DNA of 64,000 bases from Mytilus edulis. Lineage: Eukaryota. The stretch lies in NCBI RefSeq assembly GCF_963676685.1, contig NC_092345.1:28086001-28150000 (forward strand), read 5' to 3'. A program made the translations under genes and the position numbers. This document shows, piece after piece, positions 26,552-39,665 of this stretch. The notes below the pieces were generated by a model. The model did not search any database. It was given only the letters and a program-made list of their open reading frames with translations, and was not told where the DNA came from. Position 1 is the first letter of the stretch, and every line of letters starts with the position of its first letter.

Positions 26552-26831
26552 GGGGACTACCTTTTCATATTTTGGGGGTCAGGTGGATTTTTTTTTGCGA
26601 TTCACTTTTTATTTTCATCTGTTGCTACACGTGTTAAATGTTGTTTTTTTTTAGCTGGTTCTCTGCGCAAAAATGTTTTTTCTTTTTTACACAATTGTTT
26701 CCTGTTTGTGTTTTGTGTTGCACAATTTTCATTTTCGTCCTGTCTTCTGCTTATTTATCTTAAGCTCTTACCAGACCAAACTATTAATTTTCAAAATCCT
26801 ACTGCCCCTATAAACTTAAATGGTCGTGCCC
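26552..26831. mobile_element. PIF/Harbinger-type MITE (TTA TSD) inside the TLR pseudogene
   Basis: TTA|GGGGACTACCTTTT ... AAATGGTCGTGCCC|TTA; imperfect TIRs GGG(G/C)AC(T/G)ACC(T/A)TTT. Confidence 0.7.
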
Positions 26832-27906
26832 TTACCATATTACGACACAACAAGGAACTGGAATTCATTTTCACCAGCTTTGCAGAAAATATTTAAATTT
26901 GAATGGATAGACACGTGCTTACATTTAAATCAAGCGACTTCAAAAACCTAACTTATATTTGACTTTTTATAATATAATCTCTTGGCATCTGCTACGCATT
27001 CCCCACAAATCGAATCCGTGTGCTCATGTTTCAAAATTTCTGGCATGAGTTAAATTTAGCGACCGTTTGATTTATTTGTTTTATCAATAAGAGTCTACAA
27101 TTATCTTTTTATTTGGTCGTTGTACAAATCTTTACACGTTTTAAATATCGCCATTTATCATGACTGAATTACTTACACGGCGGACATCTTGGATATAGGA
27201 TATTTTGATCTATGGTCTCCTCATGTTAATATGAAAGTGTGATCTTTAATCTACCGATAATACACGAAGTATGAACAAAGAAGAAATTTATTTCTTTTTT
27301 ATTTCAATTTTCGCCATGACATGTTCATTTGTAATAATAATTACTGGCTTGATATGATTGCCACTGAAAACGGATACAGATAGCAAATACAATTAAAAGA
27401 GCTTAATAAAGGGAGAGAAGATAATAAGGGTGCAACCAAAAACCATGGTCAAAAATAAAAACGACGAAAAGACGAACAATATAAATAAAACGATACACAG
27501 TAATCTAATGATTTAACAACAAGAACCCAACCCAAAAGGGGGAGAAGGGAGGGGATGTAAACTCAGCTTCTTCAGAAGTGTAAGCTGCTCCTGCTAAACA
27601 TATGGCACCGTCTTTGATGGCGTTTGAAAACGTTACGAATCAATGACATGAACTTTACCATTTGGAACCCTTGATGCAAGTTACAAAGGGTTACATATTT
27701 TATGATACTGTGGTTATTTAGTTACGTGAACAAATAGGAACTTATTCCTGTTAACTCTAAGTTGTGTGTTTGGATTTTTTTATTTAGCGCAACCATCGAC
27801 CGAAGCATTATAACAAATGAATAAATCAATTGAAGTTATATATGGGCATAATGTATATAACTCTCATTTATTCTAAAGTTATTCAACCTAAATGAATTGA
27901 GCTCTA

Positions 27907-27962
27907 CGACGATGGAAGTTTTGAACGACATTGACTGGCTAAACAGCCCTTGCAAGGTCGGC
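27907..27962. mobile_element. 56-bp insertion with 10-bp TSD
   Basis: TTGAGCTCTA at 27897-27906 and 27963-27972. Removing the insert restores an LRR-like reading (NLNELSSSRNF). Confidence 0.75.
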
Positions 27963-29688
27963 TTGAGCTCTAGCAGAAACTTTTAATAACTTCTGCCTTA
28001 ACCATTGGCTGTCAATCAAAACGGCTCTCTTGCCTAAAGAAATCACTTGACACAACAGAGTTGGTTTCCTTGCGAACTCCTTTTTATTTACGAGTTTGTA
28101 AAACTTGTCTAAGTTTTGCTTTTGTGTAAATCTATTGTCAGTTTTGAGTTATCTTTATCTTTTTCAAAATATGGATTAATGGTTTCTGATTTTTTTTTGT
28201 CACCAAAGTAGTTTTGATACTCTTCTGTCTTTTTTTTACCTAGTATAATACCAGATTGCAATGTAAGCATTATCTACCAAAATCAGCGCTCACGAAAATA
28301 GAGACGACGACTGGTTTCTTTTTTCTCTAAAATGAAGTACCAGTATAAGGAAATATTTCTATGCTTTTTCGCTTTACATGCAGAACTGCAGCCAAAATCA
28401 TCTCCCTCCTTATTCTGTTTCGTTGGCATGCAACTCAAGTCTGAATGCTTCAAGATGCAGAACGTATAACTTATTTTAGTGTCAACTGCACATGTGTAGA
28501 CGTATATTAATCGAAGTAAATTCTACCCAGACACCAATCTGACTCTGGGCCATCCAGTCTTCGCACTCACTAAATGTTATTTGTTACTGATAGATTCCAA
28601 AACACATGTTAAAAGATTTAAAATGCGTTAAGATTTTGTGTACCAAAATTCGATTTCAATGATAAAACGAATTTAATTGAATAAAAGATCTATACGGATT
28701 AAAAGTCTCCCAAAGCACTTCACGGTTAAGAATTACTCTTTATTTTGAAGTGTAAAACATTTATATATCTGTTTGAGTATTTGCCCGCAATTGTTTGGCA
28801 CTATATACATAGAGACAATATTCAACTTTCTTGCATGAATGCTATAGTAACTAACATAGGAGACAAAATTCCTAAACGTTACTGACATATCTATACACTA
28901 TACTTAACAAACAAAAAATTCACAGTGTTAATTTCATTTTATATTAGAAGTAGAGGTTTATAGCAAATTAGTGGAGACGTCCAGTCAATGAGATGAGTAA
29001 GTTAACCACATAATTGTATACTTTAAAGGAAAAACACTGACTTCACAAAAATACTAACGTAATTTACAACGAAATCTAATATATCTGACTGAAATAAAAT
29101 TACTAACATTTGATCGTCTTTCAACATAAATCAGAATCAAGGTATTATTTATTTGAATTGTGACATTAAGTCTATTGTACCCATGTGATAAAACTAACGT
29201 GTATTGTTTCTGTGTTGTGAAACATAAACTGATGAACACTTTATCGTACGAGTTACTGACACTGAATGAACACTATACGGTACGAGTTTACCTGTCATTG
29301 ATAACGCTTTAATTTTTTTAATTATTTGATTTACACATTATCAAATTATATAATCTGGTTTTTGGACAGACAATAACCGATAGCCACAGTATGCACGGTG
29401 GACATTTCGTCGTTTACATTCTCAGCCAAAATATCGTAATCCGGGACCTAAATCACGAAGCATCTTTAAAAATAGCTGCCCCCTCAAACATTGCGGAATG
29501 ATTGCTAAAAAAGTAAAAATATAAAAATACCGAACGCCGAGGAAAAAAGGTCTAAACATGTGTTTAATGGATATTGCTTCGTATACACACTCAGTCAAAA
29601 TGTCACATTCAGGAACTTTATTCGCGGAGCTTCCGTCAAGTTACCTCATCCGCAAACGTTGTAGAATGTTTGCCTGTGTGTGTTTTGT

Positions 29689-30010
29689 CCTGGTATCTAT
29701 GATGAGTTTATTTACAACCACTGGGTCGATGCCACTGCTGGTGGAGATTTATTTCCTTGAGGGTATCACCAGCCCAGTAGTCAGCACTTATGTGTAGACT
29801 TGAGTTATCATTGATATGTTCATAATTATAAACTGATAACAAAACTTTGAATTTTTGAAATACTAAGGCTTTTCTACCTCAGGAATAGATTACCTTAGCT
29901 GTATTTGGCAAAACTTTTAGGAATATTTGGTCCTCAATGCTCTTCAACTTCGTACTTTATTTGGCCTTTTGACATTTTTTGATCGATGAGTCTTTTGTAG
30001 ACGAAACGAG
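29689..30010 (+). mobile_element. Near-monomer retrozyme-like repeat (family R1) with degenerate hammerhead
   Basis: Ends ...TCGATGAGTCTTTTGTAGACGAAACGAG (core damaged). Begins CCTGGTATCTATGATGAG, the sequence that follows the hammerhead in the copies at ~50740 and ~58215. Confidence 0.75.
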
Positions 30011-30966
30011 TTTATTGTATACCCTTTGCAAATCAAAAACATCATTTCGAGGAAAAAAACAAAAGATAAACTCAACTTAAACATTTGTGACACAAATACG
30101 TTTTGTGATTACGAAATGCTTACCCATGAATTGTCATCTACTTTTACAGTGAGCAATGTCATTGGATGTTTAATATCGAGCTTCCGCATAAAAAATAAAA
30201 CATTTCGGATGTCTGCTGAAATGTAACATCGTTAGCTCATATTCAGTTTAGTCTGGAGCCTTGTTGGTCTCATACAGATAAACAATCCAGGTTTTAAAGT
30301 CTAGCGCTGGAGATATTACTTTTTACAACGCTATGTAAATTCGAAAAAAAAGTTTATTCGTTTAATATATCATGTTCACAATAAAAAAAAAAGTAAATAC
30401 ACATCTTCTCATTTTTATACAACAATGCGTACACTGTCAACCATTTTTTCATTTTTATGACAAACTATTTAAACAAGAAAAAGCTCGCTCATACTATATT
30501 TCAACAAGTTTTTTAACTTATAAACTAAACCAATTTAAAAGACTTAGTTATCTAATCACACATATTTCTACTATAGTATTTCTGGTCGTCTGAAAACAGG
30601 AAAATACATCAAATGCAGCAAAAATGTTTCTAAAATGCTTATATCACCTGTACGTTAAATGGGCTTGGATGAATTTTAGGTTATGAATAGGAAACGAACA
30701 ATGCATAGATCATCTAAAATGTCATGTGTTTTTAAGTGTCAATAAAAATCTTGTACACATACAAGCATACCATAATGTTTCGTAATCATAATCTAATCAA
30801 ATCATCAATTAAATTGTCTATTGAATATAGAGAGGTCCCCCCCTTTTTTTAAACTGAAAATTGTCCCTAGAGATTGCTCTACGGTTATTTATCTATTTTG
30901 GTCTGCTCAAACCATATATCTGAGCATGTTTTTTTGGGACAGATTATCAAAATGGTGCAGCTATAC

Positions 30967-31420
30967 AAGAGGGACGAAAGATACCAAAGGGACAGTCAAA
31001 CTCATAAATCGAAAATAAATTGACAACGCCATGGCTAAAAATGAAAAAAAGAAAAACAGACAAACAATAGTACACATGACACAACATAGAAAACTAAAGA
31101 ATAAACAACACGAACCCCACCAAAAACTAGGGGTGATATCAGGTGCCCCGGAAGGGTAAGCAGATCCTGCTCCACATGCGGCACCCGTCGTGTTGCTTAT
31201 GTGATAACAAATCCGGTAAATAGTCTAATTCGGTAAGTCACATTCATGAAAGTGAAGGGGATTGTAGTTACGACGTAAGGAACATATCCGATATCATTTA
31301 TGAAACGGTTATTCCATAACGGTCAACCAACTCGTGATGGCGTCGGTAAAATTTACGAAGGGGTGATTTCAACTCATTTGGAACTCTTGGTTTAATAGCT
31401 TCCTTGTGAGCAGCAATATA
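30967..31420 (-). mobile_element. 5'-truncated retroelement 3' end (family E) with RT C-terminal codons
   Basis: The supplied ORF 31298..31507 ends LKSPLRKFYRRHHELVDRYGITVS, an RT C-terminal-like motif, followed by a ~330-bp 3' UTR present in at least 5 other places in the window. Confidence 0.75.
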
Positions 31421-32154
31421 TGCTACAATCCCTTTTATGTCCCTTTTTGGTCTTGTGTTCCTCATGTTTTCATGTATTTGTAAAACGCGAGGTTTGGCTA
31501 GCAACAAAAAAAGGTTAAACCCATCATGTCTTTCTTAAAATGTCCTGTATAATATGACAGTTGTTTACAAGTAGTAAAACATTTAAACAGTGTTCATCAT
31601 GACTTTAACAATTTAATGTAAAGATGGAAGTGGAGTGAATACTGCTCTCAAAATTTAGCACTTTATGGATCATTTCAAAAATATAAACATCATGTAACGG
31701 AAATCCTAGAATAATGTTTTTAAGCAAATGAGAGTGTCCATTTGGAAAACTTAATTAAGGTTTAAGGGGAAGAGATGCAAAAACAGTAGTATTTGTTCAT
31801 AGCTTTATGCTTGTTCCACATTGTTTTTTTTCTAGTGCCGTGGGCAAGCAAATAAAAGCATGATGCAATAACTATGGAAGCTATAAATGCATGTACCATG
31901 ATGAGACTTGTTGAACGTGAAACCATACAGCCTAAGTATTGCTCTCAATCATCCATGCTCATGAATCAACGCTTAACCATTGTATATAAACACTTATATT
32001 TTATGTTATTAGTTGCGACACATGTCTTGCTTTCAATGCCGTTTATTTTAAGAACTGTCTCCGTTCATAACGATGTAAATGTTAATAATAGATGTTTAAA
32101 AATTACACATGCTGTGTGTATTGTGATCTAAGCGCTTTATCAACGCATTGTGGA

Positions 32155-32300
32155 ATTATGAGCTGTCGGAATAATGAGCTGTCGGAGTAATGGGCTGTCG
32201 GAACAGTGGGTTGTCGGATTATTGGGCTGTCGGAATAGTGGGCTGTCGGAGTAATGGGCTGTCGGAATAATGGTTGTCGGACAATTGGGATGTCACCGAA
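32155..32300. repeat. 16-bp tandem repeat (AATAATGGGCTGTCGG) x~8, probably one terminal array of a DNA transposon
   Basis: TGTCGG recurs every ~16 bp and the run ends GGGATGTCACCG. No partner end seen. Confidence 0.8.
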
Positions 32301-32700
32301 AATTCAAAACGAAAAGTCCCTAATCAAATGGCAAAATCAAAAGCACAACCATTTCAAACACATGGATAACAACTGTCATATACCTGACTTGGTACAGGTA
32401 TTTTCTTATGTAGAAAATGGTGGATTGAACCTGGTTTTAAAGCTAGCTAAACCTCTCACCTGTATGACAGGCGCATCAAATTCCATTATATTGACAACGA
32501 TGTGTGAACAAAACAAACAGCCATTATAGGTACAAATGTCAAAAATAGAGGACAGTAGTCAACATTGTGTTATAATCTTAATCACTAAAATTCAAACAAA
32601 TATGTAACAAAGCAGCAAAAAATGGCATTTGGATCAAGCATATTAGCAAAAACTAACGACTAGAATACACAAATATATGTATAAGTATAGAGCCAGCAAC
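32298..32700 (+). mobile_element. Interspersed repeat family D
   Basis: GAAAATTCAAAAC(G)GAAAGTCCCTAATCAAATGGCAAAATCAAA also at ~46018 and ~48549; upstream part also at ~29520. Confidence 0.75.
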
Positions 32701-33371
32701 GTCATATATGTAGCCAAACGTTTGTTAAGCAGAAGAAAAATGAGAGCAACAAACTAAAACTCACACATGTACAAAATTCCTAGATTAACGCAATACAGCT
32801 AAGTTAAACATCAGCGTCATAGTTTATGCTTTTTTTCGCTCATTTTGTCTTTGGCATGCAACCATGTAAAATTGAGAATGGAAATGGGGAATATGCCAAA
32901 GAGACAACAACCCGACCATAGAAAAAAAACCAACAGCAGAAGGTCACCAACAGGTCTTCAATGTAGCGAGAAATTCCCGCACCTGTATAAAGCATAATGT
33001 TTTAAATGTCGATTTGGAAGTCTTCAGAATTTATGTTATGAATATTACTCATTGAAGTAATTGGTCATGGTCGATGACTCGGTTGTGACCATGGTTGACC
33101 AGTCATACTTCCATAAATTCCAAGCTAGACAATTTTACGTTTAACAAAACTATTTTTTATGCAAATGGTATTGAGCAAATGTTTTAGAACTCTGCGTTTT
33201 TATGCATCCTTTGTTTTCCAACGAATGAGAAAGGACATGTTTAGTGAAGTTACTCAAGAAAGTAAAGCGTTTTGAAACCAACCAATGTAAACAGATCCAT
33301 TGACCAGTATAATAAATGTTTCTTCTTTTGAGATTTACACACTGAACCATTTCCATAAATATTCATAAGAT

Positions 33372-33780
33372 AAACGGTACTAATTTCATTGCACCAGATG
33401 CCGATTTTGACTATAAATGCCTCTCCCTTGATGCTGGAGACTTTTTTTTTTTTTTTTTTTTTTTTATCTGAAACAACTTTAACACTTTACAAACTTTAAA
33501 GAGAAAAGCAATCAAAATATACCAAAAACAGGTATACGGGCTTTGCATAAGTGATATGTATTCCTTAATTTTACATGATTGTCATAATTCCATAACAGCA
33601 AATTTCTATTTAACAGTATCCGTTTTTTCATGCTAGTACCAGAGAAATGGTAACTGAGCTTTTGATACCCACTAGGTCAATAGTCATCCAGCAGTGGTAT
33701 TGATAGCATAAACGGTACTAGTTTTATTGCACTAGTTGTGCATTTCGACATTAAATATATTTTAAGTGATGCTCGTTGTC
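33372..33780 (-). mobile_element. Decayed retrozyme-like unit (family R2) bounded by two hammerhead remnants 338 bp apart
   Basis: ACGGTAC...GCAC(C/T)AG...TGATGCT at 33374 and 33712. The inferred family consensus on the minus strand, GCATCA-CTGAAGA-GAC...GTC-GAAA-TGCGCA-TC-TGGTGC, is a type I hammerhead layout. Confidence 0.55.
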
Positions 33781-34389
33781 AATATTCTCTAGCAAGCAAT
33801 GCGCTCTTTGTCTTTGATTTCTTTCGTAACAAATTACTACGAACAGTAATTATGAATAAATCCCAGTTATACTATATATATGCATTTATGCAACTCAAAT
33901 ATATCTATCATAAATATATATCCAGCTTCTAATCTGCATAACATGAATTATCTCTTTTCATGGACCCAACTTCAGGCCAATGTTTATAACCTTGTTATCC
34001 AAAATTAATATATGTTAACGATTTATAGAAAATATACAAAGGGGACTAGAAAAGAATAAATAACACAAGAATGACAAAAAATACAGAACTGCCAGGCTAA
34101 TTTAAAAAAAGGAAGTCCATAAAAAATGATAAAATCCATCGGGTGAAGAACAACTGTTATATTCATGACTTGTTACACGTTTTATTAGATGATTTAGAAG
34201 ATAAATTGTCACGCTTTTTGCATCAACTCTTTGAAATTCACCGGTTTGTAAGGGAACATTAATTATATTTTTTTGTATCCTCTGTTTCCAGTGCCACCCA
34301 AATTTGCCTGCCCTTTATTTTGGTCTTTTCACCTTGCAATACCTCCCTTTCGCGCATTAATTGTTGATTTTTTATCCCCTGGGTATGAT

Positions 34390-34660
34390 TGAGATTTTAA
34401 TCACTTGTCATCGAGCGATTTGAAAATTCATATGAAAAATACCAAGTTGTTCGTTTACAACACCTTGCCTTTCAATCTTGAGGGTGCGAATGCGAACACG
34501 CAAGTGGAGATTGGGTGGGAGATTGGACTCCAATTTTAATTTAGTAGAATTGCTGAAGGTCGGTGTTTCCCTCCGAGCACACCGGTATCCTCTCCCAAAA
34601 AACACTGGCGCCAAAAAATCAAATACTGCGGACAGTGACGTTAATCACAAACAAAATTTA
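34390..34660 (+). mobile_element. Degenerate tRNA-derived SINE
   Basis: GACTCCAAT...GAAGGTCGGTGTTTCCCTCCGAGCACACCGGTATCCTC...GACGTTAATCACAAACAAAA matches the 37738-37988 SINE. Confidence 0.6.
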
Positions 34661-35599
34661 TCAATTAAACCCTTACTTGTTCATTAACCACCGTAATGTG
34701 TCTTTTTATCAATCTGAATTTAACAACTCACTAAATATTTGTATTACAAATCACTGGCGTTAGCTTAGGAATAGAAAAATCCGAGTAGTCACATGTATAG
34801 AATAGTATAGTTTATCCTCAGTTTCAGATTTTACTTCCCTTTGAATTTTAATTCATTGTACTGTTGAAACGTTAAGCCTCAGTGAATATTTCTGAACTAT
34901 TAATGAAGCTCTGTTGTCTCAAAATGAAATGTTGGATGGAATCAATGGAATGGAATGGTATCCCCTAGTATGGTCAGATGACCTATGTTTGGTCAAATGT
35001 AAATTTTCTAATCAACTCTTTCATATAAGCCATTTGAAGTCTTTCAAGCATGATACACAGCACAATATTATACCAGATTGATATGGGTATTGGGTTTAAG
35101 GAAAAGTTAAATATTAAGCATGCATTTAAAACCTGCATCCTTCTAAATAAAGGCAACAGTAGTATATTGCTGTTCAGTAGTCATAAATCGATTACTAAGA
35201 ACGCAAAAACAAATCAGGTTCACAAACCAAAACCGAGGGAAACACATCAACTATAAGAAGAACATATGAAACACTGAACTGCAACAAAAACAAACGCCAA
35301 CAAACAAAAGGACTATTTGATAACAACTGCCTTGTTCCTGACTTGGTACAGGACATTTTAAAAACAAATGGTGAATTGAACTTGGATGCATAGCTAACCA
35401 AAATCCCGCTTGTATGGCAATGTTAAAAATACCAAAACAATTTCAACATTACTTTACGGGAATACAGTAAAAATAACCACAACAACACTTGGGGAGAAAT
35501 TAAATAAAAAAATAATATAATAGCGCATTACAATATGTAAACCATAAAATATACATGTCACAACAATAATAATTGATTAAAATAAAGTTAAGAATAACA

Positions 35600-35800
35600 T
35601 AAACGGTACCAGTTTTACCTCACAGAGGCGCATTTCGCCAATAAGTATCTCTCCAGTAATGCTTGAGGCTGAAATATTTGAAAATCCAAATCTTATAAAC
35701 AAGAAAGGACAAGCAACATGGATAATGCCGGACAAGGAATCAAAGCTTTGTATGAGGTAGACATGTTCCTTGATTTAAAAATATTTTCTAAAATCTCGTA
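35600..35800 (-). mobile_element. Retrozyme-like fragment (family R2), hammerhead core mutated
   Basis: Minus strand reads GCATTA-CTGGAGA-GATACTTATTGGC-GAAA-TGCGCC-TC-TG (~35665-35620). Confidence 0.55.
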
Positions 35801-37449
35801 ACAAAAGATATAGTCAAAATGCTGGACATCCAAATTAATTAAAAACGTCCACGTAATTTTAGTATTTAAATAACAATCCTGATTGAAGTGTTTTTCCAAA
35901 TTTTTCGTGTTGTTCTGCGGTTTGCAAGTTGTGTCGACTATTATATTATTTGTTTGTGCGTTTCTCTGTTGTGATTGTTCTTGCGTGTGTTTGTGCTGTA
36001 TATCTGTCACGTAGTTTTATAGCGATATTTTTTTTACATCGCCATAAAGCGGAAGATTTGGCATACAATTAAACCAGGTTTAACTCACAATTTTTCTTAA
36101 AATATCCTGTACCAAGTCAGGAATATGACAGTTGTTATCAAATAGTTCGTTTCTATGCATGTTGGCGTTTGTTTTTGATGCACTTTGGTGTTCCTGTTGT
36201 CCTTTGTTTTCCCCTTATAGTTGATAGGTTTCTCTCAAGTTTGGTTTGTAACCCGTTTTCCCCCCTAACCGATTCATGACTTTTGAACACTTGTTTACTA
36301 CTGTTGCCTTTATTTTAGTGGAAAAATGGTTAAACATTAAGAATTTAAAACATGAATTACATATATTGCCTTTAGATAGTTTAATACATGTATAATTGTT
36401 ATAAAAATCAGGTAGTATGTACTTGTTGTTTTAACTAGTTTCTGACTAATTATAAAGTTTATATTCTAGTCATGATATCATTACATTTGCATTCAATCGA
36501 TTTTGTAAATTCTTTAAATAAGGATTTTATCATCCACATAAAACACTGTGAATTCTATAAAAATCAAAGAAATGTAACAGTATATAAACAATTTAAGTAT
36601 ATCTCATAATGCAAAATTATTCAAACAATTTGATTCTTCCACCCTAAACGCCAGTATTTCTCATTCCAAATTCAAAACACCGATTGAAAGTATCAGACAA
36701 TCTTTGATTTGGAGCAAAACAGATACTTATAGATAACTTGTTTATCAAGAAATTTGTTTTGTTAAAATCGATTTTTTTTCTCTCTCAATCATTCTCAAAT
36801 AGCATCAAATTTTCTCCTATTGATAACACGATTGTTGTTTTGATACAGAAACATTTGGCGGTGTTGTTATTGTAACTAGTTGAACATGCATGATCAATTC
36901 GAGGGTTTCACATGTGGAGCAGGGTCTTTTCATCCTTCTGGAGAACATTGAATCTATCATAGGTGTTGTGGGGTTCGTGTTAGTCTTTAGTTTTCTTTGT
37001 TTTTTTGTATACTGTTGCTTGTCTTTTCGGTCTTTTTTTTAATTTTTTTACCATAGCATTGTCAGTTTATTTCTAACTTGTGAGATTTAATGTCCATTTG
37101 GTATCTCTGGTATCTTTCACCCCTCTTGTACATTTCACGATCGCAAGGCCAACCTTTACTCTCAGAATTGAAAATTTACGGATAGTCCCCAACATACTAA
37201 CCATTCTTTCTGAGATATTGAAGTGTCATAGTAATCTAGAAACAGTAATAAACACTTTTCCAAATACCTTTAGTAGAAAAACCCGAAAGTATTACATAGT
37301 GGTTTTCCTAATCCGGGTTTATCTGCTAGGGACGGGGTGGAAGGGACAGCGTTTTAAAATTGCAAGAAAAAAACCCAACAATATCTCAAGAATTTCAGCA
37401 AGAAAAATTTCTATCTACGTCTAGATGTCATTAAAAGCTTGAAATAATG

Positions 37450-39160
37450 CTTGAAAGTCTTTATATAAAGTAAATACGTGGACGGGGTTTCCATCGACTC
37501 TGGCCAACATTCTAGATATGAGAAGCACATGCCAAATAAAAACATTCCTGGAAAATGCAAAGCAATGTGAATGAAAAGGAATCATGTCCAATGCAGTAAA
37601 TTCTGTCAGTTCCTTATGTATATATATAATAAGACACCTGTTAGGTTTGGATCAAATCCATATAATTTCGAATTATTGTCGCAAGTTGTCCAAATTGGCA
37701 AATATTGTTAATGAAATCAGTATAGATATAATTTTTGGATGTTTGGTGTTTTAACGCCTCTTTGACTCACCGCTTATAAGTTATTTCGTGGCGGTCAGTA
37801 TTTATTGGTGGAGCAAGCCAGAGTTCCCATAGAAAACCACCGACCTTTTATAGAAAAACTGACAATCCTAGTGAATCAAGATTGGAGTCGAGTGCATCAT
37901 ACGAGCGGGTTCGAATTCACAACCTCAGTGTTGACTGGCTAGTGATCACAGTAGTAACTACTTAGACCACTCGGCCACCGAGGCTCCCGTCCAGATATGA
38001 TTTGTATCTTCTTCCCGATGACAAATGGGTCAAAATCTTTAATTGTTTTACATAGGCGGTAATGGTAACGTTTTTGCCTGTAGCTCAGTCCATATCGTAA
38101 ACTTGGATATGTATGATAGCTCGTTTCGAAGCTGTGACATTTTCACATATGTGGTTACATTTTTGGGGTACGAAGTGAAATTACTTTTTCCGTAAATTAG
38201 CATACCCCGAACATCCTTTTGTGATGCGGCTCCTTGTGGTAAAATATCCCCTTTTTAACACAAAAAGTTCTTTGAAAATTTAATACTTTGAACACATCAA
38301 ATAGCTCCATAGTTTTTACACATTTATTCTATGTTCCTCTACTTTCCTAATCACCACAAATGGTTAAGTTCAGTCATTTGTAAAAAATAGAAACATGTCC
38401 AATATCACTACACAGAGATTTTTTTTTACACGTGACTTTTCCTCATTTCGAGGCGCATTATGGATGTTGTCCCAAATAAAACCAACAATAAAAAAAAATC
38501 TTTAGATCAGGTACGTCCGAAACGGTTTTCTAGGTTAACCACCTTCATGGACGCTAAAACTGAAATGTGAAATCATGGATGTATAAATACCTGAACACGT
38601 AAGAAGTTTCATTGCTAAAGGGGTCCATAAAGTCGGATACCAAAAACTAAGACTAAAGACTAGTTGCTTAAATACTAGAAGGTTTGGGTTTTCATTATAT
38701 AAGAATGGAGATAAAATTATTACTTGTTTTATATAGTTCAATTTAGGACATGTAGAACTTCAAGGTACTGCCCATATTGTTAATTACTAAAATAAAAACA
38801 ACATATTCTCGTTATATCTATAAATTAAAAACAATTCTTAGGTTTACGTCACATATACTTTTTATTGTTGTCCAAAATCTTTGTGATCGAACTTTATGGA
38901 TCTGTTGGAGATTCAACCATGATAACGCCGAATTAAAGATGTCATCGAAAAGTGCAGTTATGAAATCACCGTGATACTGATTCAATGTTTTAAAACCTCC
39001 TGTAGATTTTATATTTGTCAAATGCATGAATATTTGGAACAGTAGGGTAACCATGTGTGAACCAACCTTTTTCGTACTCACTATTTATATGTTGGGGTTT
39101 GCAGCCACTAAATCTGTCCCGAAAGTCGTCATCGAAGGATGTTTAAATGAAGGCATAAGA
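37450..39160 (-). pseudogene. Second Toll-like receptor pseudogene
   Basis: Minus-strand LRR-like pieces: LLFQIFMHLTNIK, FITALFDDIFNSALSWLNLQ, YLEVLHVLN/NYIKQV, NENPNLLVF. TIR-like pieces: LSYISKFTIW..L, YRLCKTIKDFDPFVIGKKIQ (~38060-38000), SYLECWPES (~37545-37495). Interrupted by a SINE. A possible N-terminus lies beyond the repeat, near 39790. Confidence 0.5.
37738..37988 (-). mobile_element. tRNA-derived SINE (Pol III A/B boxes, V-domain-like centre) with TSD
   Basis: Minus strand: GGGAGCCTCGG-TGGCCGAGTGG (A box), GAATTCGAACCC (B-box-like), GGTGGTTTTCTATGGGAACTCTGGCTTGCTCCACCAATAAA, tail GGCGTTAAAACACCAAACA. TSD AGATAT(A/G)ATTT at ~37724 and ~37993. Confidence 0.85.
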
Positions 39161-39172
39161 CTATATTTTGTA

Positions 39173-39665
39173 TAAAATTGAGAATGGAAATGGGGAATGT
39201 GTCAAAGAGACAACAACCCGACCAAATAAAAAACAACAGCAGAGGGTCACCAACAGGTCTTCAATGTAGCGAGAAATTCCTTCAGCTGGACCCTCAACAA
39301 ATATATACTAGTCCAGTGATAATGAACGCCATACTAATTTCCAAATTGTACACAAGAAACTAAAATTAAAATAATACAAGACTATCAAAGGCCAGAGGCT
39401 CCTGACTTGGGACAGGCGCAAAAATGCGGCGGGGTTAAACATGTTTGTGAGATCTCAACCCCCCCCCCCCCTATACCTCTAACCAATGTAGAAAAGTAAA
39501 CGCATAACAATACGCACATTAAAATTCAGTTCAAGAGAAGTCCGAGTCTGATGTCAGAAGATGTAACCAAAGAAAATAAACAAAATGACAATAATACATA
39601 AATAACAACAGACTACTGGCAGTTAACTGACATGCCAGCTCCAGACTTCAATTAAACTGACTGAC
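39173..39665 (+). mobile_element. Well-preserved copy of interspersed repeat family A
   Basis: TAAAATTGAGAATGGAAATGGGGAATGTGTCAAAGAGACAACAACCCGACC also at 32867 (+), and reverse-complemented at ~7400, 16300-16390 and 50970-51025. Confidence 0.85.

Larger units (their letters stand above)
25900..29130 (+). pseudogene. Toll-like receptor pseudogene (signal exon, LRRs, LRRCT-like, TIR remnants)
   Basis: ATG at 25900 gives METSVYIV/LPLILRQVSA (1-bp frameshift), CAG|GTAAAA donor at 25953, and a phase-compatible acceptor at 26211. Then ESNCLWKC..., NAFQNSPRHRTFSYRNNNFL, SDFKNLTYI, NLNELSSSRNF (after removing the 27907-27962 insert and one TSD copy), HNRVGFLANSFLFTSL*NLSKFCFCVNLLSVL..LFQNM, and FTCR...LFRW. 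TIR-like: HYIHRDNIQLSCMNAIVTNIGDKI (from ~28800), KKFTVLISFYIRS, HIIVYF...RNLIYLTE...FDRL. Many stops and frameshifts. Confidence 0.55.

Noticed and set aside
37080-37424. Longest ORF (114 aa)
   Set aside because: Starts at GTG inside a family E repeat; no domain or splice support.
37900-37988. tRNA gene
   Set aside because: A/B boxes are present but there is no complete cloverleaf; it continues into a SINE body and tail with a TSD.
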